Source: Parasitella parasitica NRRL 2501
Taxonomy: Eukaryota; Fungi; Mucoromycota
Direction: 5' to 3'
Assembly: GCA_025201805.1 (NCBI GenBank)
Contig: MU619303.1
Coordinates: 1 to 64,000, forward strand
Length of the DNA: 64,000 nt
The notes under the pieces are model-generated. The model searched no databases, was not told the DNA's origin, and saw nothing but the letters and a program-made list of their open reading frames with translations. Of this stretch, positions 53,135-64,000 are shown in pieces; positions within the stretch are counted from its first letter, which is position 1, and each line of letters begins with the position of its first letter. The position numbers and the translations under genes are program-made.

Positions 53135-55160
53135 ATGGAAGCTGCTGTCAATGATTGTAACGTCACTAAGTCAAGGATATTATCAATTTCACACCAATTA
53201 ACATTTTACGTTGATGATGATAGTGTCGATTGCAAAACCAAAACCACTGGATGTAAGTCGTGAGCCACGTATTAATGAAATACTAATCTAAGTAATAAAA
53301 AGGGTCATCGTTTTATAGAGAGTGGACAAGTGATATACCATGAAGAGAGATTGAGAATCGAGAACCATGAAGCATTTAGTAATGGTAATTGAGAAGCCAA
53401 ATGGTTGATCTCTAGCAAATATTTACGTAAAGCAGCAATTATGCGTTTTAGAGAATGGAGAGCAAATGTTGAATCTACAAGAACCAATATACGTTCTTCA
53501 GATATACCCCAAGAATACATAAATTTAATAGCCATGTTGACACATGAAAGGTTAGAATCTACTGCTCCCTCCTGACAACCAAAATCGGTTGCCTAGCATT
53601 GTACAAATTGAGATTTCTTACACACTTTACTCTACAGCGACGAGAACTTAAATTCATTAGCAAATCGATTAAATGATCTGCTCTCACCCTTTGAAAAAAA
53701 CCATGAAGGTAGCTATGAATACATAGAAATAACTAGAATTTACCAACTGTTTCAATAGCCTCATTTTCCTTTTTCAAAGCGATCAAACAAATAATTAAAA
53801 TCGCTGCATTTCAAGAGCGGTATGGATTAGCAGATGTAGTGCTACTGATGAAAGGATCCCCTTCCACGATGCCAAAAGTATGACATTTTTTTTTTTTACT
53901 TGAAACAGAGCAAAACTAACGGCTTGTTAATAGAGATTATCAATTTTTCGATGGCAGGCCCTCGATACAACAAAGTTTCCCCCAGATGTGATAAAGGCTG
54001 CTACAAAGAAGCGAGAAAAGCGCAAACTAGTAAGTCAAAACAATTCTGTCACTACTTTGTTCCCTAAATCAACAGCCAAAGTTTTCTTCAATGTTTACAA
54101 ATGCATTCCAGAGTTTATCTGAAAGCGAAAGAAAGGATTTGTTATATGACGATAATGGGAGTTTCATCATCGAATCCTTCATAGACGAAACCAAGGATAC
54201 AAAAACTGCCTTATTCTCATCTTTTAAACGACAAGACTATGTTAGTTTGGCTCCTATTACACAGCTACCACGAAAAAAACTCTGCCCTAGCTTTGATACT
54301 TTATATTATGTTGGATTAAATAATACATTCGATCTTCGCCAACGATTTTTGCAGGAACTACCACTCGAGGCAAAGTTAAAACGAGGGATTCCAAAGCTAA
54401 AGGTTGATTTGAAAAAAGCATGGTCAGATAGTATCAAAACAGGTGCAGTAACTCTCAATGTCTGTGGCCTCAAGATGAAGTTATTACAGTATCATGAAGA
54501 TGTTCGTCCTGCATATTTTGGCACCTGGACAAAAGGGATCAGCAGTCAACGTACTGTAGTAACTGGGCAAAGACCTTTTGCTAAGGACACAGCATTGGAT
54601 TATGACTATGACAGTGAAGCAGAATGGGATAACGACGTTGATGGCGATGATATTTATACATTAGACCTTGATGAGGATGAAGATATACTGTTTCCTACCG
54701 ACGAAGAAGAAGAGGGAGAAATGGGAATTTCTAACTTTTCTATAACTAATGTAAGCTTTTTTTTTTTTTCCTCCGCCAAGAAAAAAGATATTAAATATAA
54801 CGTTTAGGAAGATGAATATGAGAGCAAATGGGTAGTTCCTGAAGGATACCTCTCTGAAGATGAGGGTATCCATGTTGGAAAATTGCAAAAACATAAACAG
54901 GGTGTTGTTAGTCGCCCTGCAAAGCGGCCTATTTTTGGCAATAAGGTAAAAATCTCCTTGCGGTATTTGCAAGACAGATTATCAACTGAACTTTTTTTTT
55001 ATAATAGCACCTTTCAATGAAGCCAGTAGTATCTGGACCGTACTTTGAATCAGCAGAGGAACCAGGAAGCCATCCTCTTTTAGATTTTAGAGTGCACATG
55101 CTGGTTAGCGTGGAAAATTTCGAAGGATACTCCCCATTTTCTATGCTTCAAGCAGAATAA
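53135..55160 (+). CDS. Chromatin assembly factor 1 large subunit (Cac1/p150)-like protein, shortened
   Basis: MKLLQYHEDVRPAYFGTW, RPFAKDTALDYDYDSEAEW and WVVPEGYLSEDEG. About eight exons join in frame. Confidence 0.8.
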
Positions 55161-55726
55161 ATGAAGATCCTCATTGTATAAAAAGGAGGTTTGGAAATAG
55201 TCCTCTTATATTGTAAAACAAACAAACCCCAATTGCACACGATAAATCTTATGACAGGGCTACTTTGAACAGCTAATTTTACATAAGGGATCTATTTAAC
55301 AAGAGTTGGATATACATAATCATAGGTATCTGCTATTTCTGTGAACAAAGGCCGTTGATTTTTCAAATGGATTTCGATATACATGGTCACCTAATGAAAA
55401 TAAAGTATGTCGCAAGTAATACTGATTATATCGATATATATCTGGCAAGTATAATAAAGTTATTCTATTTAAATCAATGTATGTATGGATTCGACTCCGG
55501 ATAATGGATGAGGAAATATTTGAGTAAAACTATATTGTTCAGGGAAAGATCTCCTTATTACATGGAAGATATGATGCTTTACATAATACTTAAGTGAATC
55601 TAAGTGATGAACTAGTGAGAGGATAAGGCACAAGTATGGGACATGGAGCAATTTAGGTAGTGGGACGCTAAATTGTCTCTATTGTCCATAAATATATGTT
55701 GAGTTATGAATATGGAGCACGATCTA

Positions 55727-57611
55727 CAGTCTTTTTATGGTTTCTGATAAAAAAAATTCAAGTGAATGATAAATCTATTAGGGTTTCTGATAACAAACCT
55801 TTTATTCTGATAAAAGTTGAGACGTTTCCAAGAAAAGAAAAATGTCTTCCTTAGGATATTAAGCAGGGACAAGAAATATAAACTATTACAATCACATTTC
55901 AAGATTTCTATTCCAGATAAGAATGCTCAAGAATAGAGAACATTTTATAATGATATGCGAAATTGCGACGCTCTGATTTATTTTATTTTGATCAAATAGC
56001 CATTGTGCAGGAGCAATAAGTACTTTAAATGAATGAGTATTTGGGTTTTTTTATTATCCAATTTGTCGATACAATAAACATTCTTTATTAGCACTATTCC
56101 CATGTACTTCAGATACCTGAAACTGAACAATCACCAACGGGCCAAAAAGCTTAAAAGCAAGAACTTTAACTTTGCATGTCATTTTTTGACCGATTTTCAT
56201 AATCAAAAGTGTCCTGAAAACGCTACAAATAGTATCCAATGGCAAAAAACTGTATTATATATGATTTTGGTGAAATTTGAGCATGATTTTTTTTTCGATG
56301 CAAAATGACAGATTTTTTCAATTTTTCCCTTGTATCCACACATCTAAAATCATCGATTATGCATTATCCTCGATTTTGACCTCAAAAATGCAACTTTTTA
56401 TTATATCATATATTAGTGGAAAATGATCGCAAAAGGTCATTCCTTGATCTGAAAGACTGGAAATACGGCCTGTTTATGTAAAATATTAACTTTTACCTCT
56501 TGATCTGTTTTGAGGTTTTCTAAGCAGAATTCCTTCCATAGGCATACGGGAATCATGAAAAGATACCATCGTGTAGAGCGCCCAAAAATACAGCTATTAT
56601 CATAGACTGACAGCCGTGGTATGCATAGTACAAGAAGATAATATTTTGCCTCAAAGAAGTAATTTAGTTTTCGAATCATCCAAATGGAGTTTTTGAGAGA
56701 ATCTTTTCTTCCTTATTTTGGACGCGTTTAATCTCCGCTATCAATGAAAAATAGTGTTATCTTTTGGAGAAGGCATTAGCTTTGAGAAGCCATGGCTTAT
56801 CCAGTTCAAAAAAAAAAACTACTAAAATTTAGTTTATTTAAATGGTGTGCTTCTTAGCTTTTTAATGGTAGTCCTTGCATGTCTGTACCTGGCTTGGTGA
56901 TCTCACGCTCCGATTTTGAAAAATACTTTTCCAAAAAAAGTCAGAAAAGTCGCCGCCTTTATCTGATGTCAACTTAAAAAGTACAAAATCTTGCTCTAAG
57001 CTATCTAACTTTGTAATAAAAAGGCGCCGTATAGTTTAATGCATTACTTTGAATTACTCAATTTTGCGTCTAAAATCGTTAAACATTGTTTTATTACAGT
57101 TTTTGTCTTTTTCCTCGACAACGATTTGCCACCAGGAAAGCATACCCATTTATAAAAAACTATCTGTATAGAAATTCATGAAATTCCAAAGATATAAATG
57201 AACGTTACTCTCCGTTTTTGAATCTAATTAAAGGTTTTAGAGGTTTTTGATCAAAGTCATCAGACACATTTACACCCAAAATCACAGATGTTTGTCAATA
57301 GACAACCATAAATTTTTGTAAAAGCTACTTTGAACTTGAAGGTATAATGCAGATAGCTTTTTATACAACACATTCTCTTAATATTTACACTACGAAGCAA
57401 ACAAATTAAAGCAATTACTCTTTTTCTTTTAATATGGAAGTCCCCACTTGAAATCTTTTTAGGGTGACATTTCTCATCTCTCAGAAACTTCTTAGCTTTT
57501 ATCAAAAATAAGAGGTTTGTTACCAGAAGCCCTCATATATATATTATCACAATTACCAAAACCTTTATCATTTACTTGAGCCTTTTTTTATCAGAAACTG
57601 CAAAATGACAG
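55727..57611. mobile_element. Non-autonomous Tc1/mariner-type element (MITE-like), copy 2, 1885 bp with TA flanks
   Basis: TA|CAGTCTTTTTATGGTTTCTGATAAAAAAAATTCAAGT ... ACTTGAGCCTTTTTTTATCAGAAACTGCAAAATGACAG|TA. Imperfect TIRs of ~130-150 bp; homologous to 6648-9101. Confidence 0.85.
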
Positions 57612-59913
57612 TAGTGAGATGTGTTCCTGCGTTAGGAAATTGACAAATCAACAGACAGCCATTACGTTGGCATTTAACCTCCTGAATTGCGTGTTGCTTG
57701 CTGAATCCTTTCAATATCGATACATCCGCCACTATTACACGAAAGTTTAAGAAAAACATAGCGGCAACTTTGCTGGACTCGGCAATGTTTTACACATTTC
57801 CAATTCTTTGACATCCAAGTTGTGTGAAATATTTTTGCATTTTACAAAAAAACCATGCAATGTTTTTGCATATTACTCTGAATAGATATGTCATTCTAAC
57901 ACGTAACAACTGGGAGAAGATAGTGGCAGCTTTTGCGTATTCAGCAACCTATTTTGTACCTTTGCATGTCTCTTAGACGGTATGTCATGGACGATAGTGT
58001 CATATTTCCTGCAAAATCACTTCAACATTGTTGCTTTTGTTACTTTGGATAAAGACATCACACTTATATGAAGCTGTACAGAGGAGTAGAAATAACGTAG
58101 GTGAGTACTGCAGATGTTATATTATATTTTGAATCCGTTATTGTGAAATATTGGGGTATTGTATTATCGGACTACATATACAAAAATTATGTGAAGATGG
58201 ATATTTTTTTAGCGCAGCACACATTAGTTTTATTCGCAACTTTAATGTCAATTTCGTGATGTAAACTTTAATAAACATTTCAGTTACCAAAAGGTATATT
58301 CATAAAGACATTGTCTATAAACAAGTCCATATTATAGTTGTCAACCTATACCTTTATCATCATCTACATTCAATCTTTTTGTCAGAATCATTAGTCACTC
58401 ATACATCAAGTGATGTCAAAAGTCAAATAGAAATAAATCTGCCAATTAAAGAGTTACACTTTTTTACGAATGCATCCTATAGGTGTATTTATACACAATG
58501 TCATCATGCTAAGGTTAGCATATTATAAACTATAATAAAAGGGTTTTACTATCTAAAATTTGTGGAATGTAGGATTACCCATGATTTACCTTAGATATCT
58601 GCAAAACTAAGGATGAGACCTTGTAGAAGAGACCTATGTGATAGCCTTGATATAATACATCACAATGTATATTTCCTCGCATTTTTATATTGCGCATTCA
58701 GTATAAATAGCAATAGATCTGCAGAAGAAGTATACAAATTTTGATTAATGGCAGCAGTGAAAAAAGAAGCCCAACTTGCCCCCCCCCAATTCTCTCTTGT
58801 AACTGTAAAAACTAGAGAAAATAATAAAATAAAATTCTTTTTAAAATGTTGTTTTATACTTGTGGCCAAGAATAATATGCGTCACTCAGTCAAAATAAAG
58901 CATATATCAGTTGGCCCTGATCATGGCGGCATCAGACAACATATATAAACGTGGATTGGTTTGCTCCTTATGCAAGCGTTTACTTGAATTTTTTGTGATC
59001 TTTGTTTGTAAAGGCGCACAGCAAGAACATTAACGTATGCATAAAATGAAACTGCCTCCAAAAGATATACGATATGTCTAATCTTGGATAGTAGGCAGTG
59101 TCTCTAGTAGAATCTCAGACTAATCCTTTACATTGTAGTGGCGAAGTGAAGGTAGTATCAAGGATGTCACACTATCGTTAGAATTAACTGTTTGCCATCA
59201 CCAAATGTGGCGCGATAATGATATTGAACAGCTTTGCTTTTTTCGTGAAGCGAAACAAACTTGCAGACCAGCTCTTTACGTGTAAAAAAAATGAAACTTT
59301 ATCTATGAGTACCTGTTTAGCATGTCCTATGGGTTCTTGCTGAATTAATAAGATATTTAGGTGATATAAAATAGAGTAGAAAGTGTATCTTTTAAATTGC
59401 TATGCAATCAACCTTGCTTCTAATCAAAATTTAGTAGAGCGACATGGTTTCAGTTTGCGTATTACATTCCAAATTGTAATACGAGGGATGTCTGAAACAG
59501 AGATCAGCAAAAAAAAAAAAAAAAAAAAAAAAAGGAGGCTCGTCTTTTCATTGTTTTGTGAGTGATCTGCTATTGTATTGTAAACTCAATAAGCATTTGT
59601 GTCCACTTGCAAGCCATAGTATACAAATATCACGACAGACTTCCTTTTTCACTTCTGTAATTTGCATTGGAATCATTTGATGAAAGGTATAATGAAAAGA
59701 AGCGTGTCCTGATGTTAACAATTTTGAAGATGTAAAAACCATGCAAGCTAAAAGAGGTGATCGTGATGATGAGAGATTTTTTTTTTTTTTTTTTTTTTGA
59801 AAAATGATTGATTTTGTTGGTTTACCATTGCATTAAACTCTCTTTCTTCTCTTCTCCTTTTGTTTGGTTGTGTATCGACTAAAACAGACAACTGCGTCCC
59901 CAACAAGAAAATA

Positions 59914-60709
59914 ATGCTCAGTTACTACAGTAAATTCTGGAACGGAAAACTTGGACGTATTTCGAGCCTTCATAAGACTACAACCCCTTCAACGTCTACA
60001 TTAGAACTGCTACCAAACGATGACAGTAAGAAATTGAAGAATGATTTAGATTTGATGTTATCTTCACTTTCAAAGGATCAAGGCAACAATAAAACCAATA
60101 AAACCAATAAAACCAATAAAACCAATCAAACCAATAAACAAGAAGCAGATGCAGGATACCCACTGCAGGAAGCTCTATATGGACTCATTGAAAAAATACA
60201 GCAAGCAACAGAACGATCACTCGACAATCAAAGAGTAGATCCAAGTGCAAGGTTGCAGCAACAATTAGATGTTGCTTCGTTTGGTGCATTAGTAGATCGC
60301 ATGAATAAAAGAAGACTGATAAGCCAAGTAAGCAATTCTTATTTGTGTCGGATGTTCGTGTATTGAATAGATTTGGAAAAAGGAATGGATATCGAATTCA
60401 GAGCAGCTAAGCATTGATATCGCGGAATTGGTTGCAAAATCATCATGTTTTTTCAAGGTTGAAGATGAATATGACGAGCAGCGATACGAACTATCTCCCA
60501 TCAAAGAGAGAGATATGTACTTGTGCCATATATTCAGTAAGATCAACCGACAATCAGCCAGAAGAATGGCCAACCAAGATGCCGAGATAAAACCTAGGAG
60601 GTCTATGGAAGATGAAGAGGACGACGACTTGTTTTCACTTATCCACAAAGCTTCGAGCCATAATGCAAAATTCGCAGATCAGCGAGCCACCATGAAACTG
60701 CGCCCTTAA
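59914..60709 (+). CDS. Small hypothetical protein built from five GoLoco-like repeats
   Basis: Exon 1 is 59914-60327 with a GTAAG donor; in-frame acceptors at 60370 or 60406; stop at 60709. Repeats end DNQR, ISQx, DEQR, ANQD and ADQR. Confidence 0.7.
60088..60138 (+). repeat. In-frame 9-bp tandem repeat (AATAAAACC) x ~5.5 encoding NKT repeats
   Basis: aataaaacc x4, aatcaaacc, aataaa seen directly. Confidence 0.9.
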
Positions 60710-60837
60710 TCGACACAAAAACAAAACCCCTCTTGTTCTTTTCTCCTTGTGAACACAAGATGATCGAAAGAAATAAATATTTTACATGTTTTTTTTTAGC
60801 TATTTTATTACAATATTTAGTATAGACATATAAAATT

Positions 60838-63333
60838 TTATTCTTCCATAGCTGTGCTCTTGGCTACAGAAGATGTTTCAACAGATTTATCTAATCCACC
60901 TCTATATAATTCGGTGTTCCACTTGGGAAAAATACGTTTGTAGAGACACATCATGATAGTGTCTTGTTGTGTCAAAGTGCCGTCGAATATACACTTCATA
61001 TAACCGTGCGTACCTAATGATTCACTGATATGACCTACTCGGCCGTACTTTGTTGTGAGTTGGACAGGCTTAAACCAGTAGATGTCCTCTACATTAAAGA
61101 ACATGAATCGAATAACGGCTGATCTTTTGTGACACTTGAAGGGGTGGCCGCTCAAAATGATACGCTTGGCAATAATACGCTTGATATCCACATCCATAAA
61201 TGTGCCTGAAGACACCAAAATTGGTTCTATCGCAGTGAAAGCAAGCAAAATTAAAAATGCGATTCACTCCATACATCATATCAACATACCATTCACATTA
61301 TCGGTTTCTTTGTAAAACATGACAGGCATTTTACCAAACACGACAGGTCCATAGATGGTGGCAACATATGAGCGGCCCAGTTTCATGAATCTTTCGAATT
61401 TATGCACATGGTTGGTGCCCTTGCTGGTATTTTGGGAGTAGATGGGCTTAACATTGTACCTTCTAAAGCCCATGTGCATAACCATAGGGTCCTTTGATCT
61501 GACAGTCTCTTCGTATGCATTGTCGCGCTGCACTTGCAAGTTGATAAGGGACATTTTGTGCTCGTACTGCAAAAGACCAAATAGAATATATGGTCTAGTT
61601 CTATCATAAGCCTCTACAAATGCATCCATTTTAGAAAAAATATATATAGCGACAAATGCTGTTTGAAGCTGCTACTAACCATAAGCCTGAAGAGGGACAT
61701 TGCTGATCCATACTGTAATTCTTGAGGCAGGCTTGACATTACCAACAATAGCTTGGCTAACAACACGATGTTTGGTGCGTCCAAAATTTTCAAACTGGAA
61801 AATCCTACCATAATCAATGGGCAAGTTTTCATAGGGATCCCAAGGAGAAGTTCTGAAAGACTGGAGGCCACGATAGCGGGCAAAGCGTTCTCTAGCTGTG
61901 ATGTGCATAGGCGTATCGATCTCATCAGGAAAGTCGTTGTGAGACTCAAATTCAGTTTGTCGCTTTTTAAGGTATTCCTCGTACTCTCTGGCCTCTTCTT
62001 CGGCGTTAAATTCATCCTTGTAGGTCTCCTTGGATTCCATATCAATCTCTTCATACTCCTCATCGTCCTCTGAAAGAGCACCAATAGCTGGTTGGACAAT
62101 ATCATCATCCTCCTCCTCTTGCATTGTGGTGTCTTCTTCGTCTTCCTCTTCGCTATAATCTGCATCATCATCATCGAAAATCCACGCAGCTTGATAGGAC
62201 GATGTGCCCTTGGGGACTCTTTTCTTTGTTGGTTCTCCACCGTCTAAATTGCGCATACGACGCACATGGGCATCTGCTTTGGCCAATTCCTCTTCTGTAG
62301 GCCAAGTCTGCTCATTGTTCATGAAATCAGGTTCATTTTCAGCTATCAAGTCATCTTGTTCTTCGGGTTTGGGGGTATCAACGACTTGAATATCTTCTTG
62401 CATGTCAGATGCTGCAGTAGCAATAGAGGCACTAGTGATTTGCTGTATCTGAAAATCGCCAAAGTTTTGCAAATGAACCAAGCGATTCGCATTAAAGGGG
62501 TTGCCACGGGCATAACCAGTGACCTTCAATGTACCTGTTTCAGCAGAAGTAGGGTCGAATTCGACTTGTTCCGCTAACATGTAGGGATGATTATCACGCC
62601 ACGACATGGGCTTGGGGCGTTGCGATGTGATGAAACGTAGGGCATTAATGCATTCATTGTCAGAATCCAACGTAAACAGGTGTTCTTCCTCTGGGAAGAA
62701 TTGCTGAACAAATGCAGTCAGTGATTTTCTAGTGCTATTACGAAGTTTTGCGGGTGTGTTCTCCATGTTCTGAACAACAGGAACGACATTAACAATGCCT
62801 TGATTGAGAATAGCTAGCAAGCAGTTGATGCCAAATTGATCCACCTCCACATCAGCCGACATGAGAAGGATACCGAAATCAGCAACCTTGAAAGCATCAA
62901 TGACGTCGATAAAGTTGCGCTTGAGAGGCACTAGCTGAATCTTTTGCTTGAATCGCTCAACATGGAGGATAGTGGCTTCTTGGGTGGCATGTGCAGGCAT
63001 CTCAAGGGCAAGAGATTTGTAAATGGCTTCAATAGCGGAATCAACGTCACTGTCAGGGCACAATGGCAAGACAGGAACAATCTTTGGGGCTCCTTGACGT
63101 CCCTCAAAGATACGGCTGATACGAGTAATGTCCTCACGCTTCTTTTGCTGGATGATCTTTGCAGCATGGCGACGATCGGTTTTGCTGACGATTTTGACAT
63201 TGTTGCCTTGTTTGATAGCATTGCGATTAATTTTACCTTTGGAGGCCTCCCTCAATGCACTCTTGGTGGCATGTCGACTCTTGAAAGGTTTGTTAGACTG
63301 GTGGGAGCTACCAGCTCTATGGCGATGTTCCAT
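60838..63333 (-). CDS. TSR1: Pre-40S ribosome assembly factor Tsr1
   Basis: [70 protein letters not shown]; two introns. Confidence 0.95.
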
Positions 63334-63507
63334 GATGGATGGTGGTTGACAAGGCAAGAAAGGCTTNNNNNNNNNNNNNNNNNNNNNNNNNNNNNNNNNN
63401 NNNNNNNNNNNNNNNNGCTATTATTCGGCAGTCACCGCTTTGACATTTTTTCCTGGAAGCCATCATTCATGTAGCGAATGCCTTCTTCTGTATCAGCCAC
63501 TTTAAGC

Positions 63508-64000
63508 ATGAGCATAAAGAGCATTAATCCACTCCATGATTTGAAAGGCCATCAAGCTTCGGTTATTGCTGTTGAATACTCTAAAAAATCATTTTTGGGC
63601 GAACATCTGCTTGCTTCGGGATCAGGTAATGCATGGTCTGCCAAACATCTGTAACAAAATTCATTGAACATTTCAGAGGACAAAACTTGCAGAATATGGG
63701 ATTTGAAATCAAGAAAGGTTCTCAAGGGCATTAAAAATCTTGCTGACCCAGTAAATACATCCATGCATTCAATAAATTTGTATAGATACTGGGCTAAACC
63801 CATCTATTTTCAGGTCACATGCATCAAATTTGCAAAAAAAAACCAACCCTACATTTACCTGTCTTCTGGGACCAAGGTAGCGTATGCCTGCGAGATATTA
63901 AAGCCTGTTCTAATGGGAATTGTTTAATCAGGTGCTAGTGTATGACCTTGGGACTGAAGGCATAATTATCACCAACCCAATTCGAACATACGAGTTTAGC
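63508..64000 (+). CDS. WD40-repeat protein, 5' part (runs off the window)
   Basis: LKGHQASVIAVEY...LLASGS|EDKTCRIWDL over short exons; divergent from TSR1. Confidence 0.8.

Noticed and set aside
57612-59850. Possible hidden genes or RNA genes in the long spacer
   Set aside because: No convincing ORF, splice chain, or tRNA/snoRNA signature found by eye.
60088-60138. Telomere-like or CRISPR-like repeat
   Set aside because: A spacerless, in-frame 9-bp coding minisatellite.

Overview
Eukaryotic, AT-rich fungal DNA with many short (~45-70 nt) spliceosomal introns. Gene and transposon content best fit a Mucorales genome (inference). Bases 1-17 kb are repeat-dense. A biotin-protein ligase gene (BPL1) starts at 2893, is interrupted after ...NWLH (4913) by an ~11.9-kb nest of decayed Tc1/mariner, MITE-like and LINE elements plus an assembly gap, and resumes at ~16773-16922 with its C-terminal PDGNSFD end. 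From 17 kb on the window is gene-dense: a fatty acyl-CoA reductase/acyltransferase (FARAT-like) fusion, an MNN2-type mannosyltransferase, neugrin/RRG9, NHP6, two chitin synthases flanking a CBS protein, MAM3/CNNM, RPS27, a PiT/PHO89 transporter, a disordered UIM-like protein, casein kinase 1, FAR11/STRIP, a shortened CAF-1 large subunit, a second MITE copy, a small repeat protein, TSR1 and the start of a WD40 gene. Best candidates for new biology: (1) the FARAT-like fusion, in which the catalytic residues of both domains are substituted; (2) a small protein made of five GoLoco-like repeats, a motif known mainly from animals; (3) the transposon-split BPL1; (4) a Cac1 paralog lacking its DNA-binding modules. 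All gene models were spliced by eye and no database searches were run.
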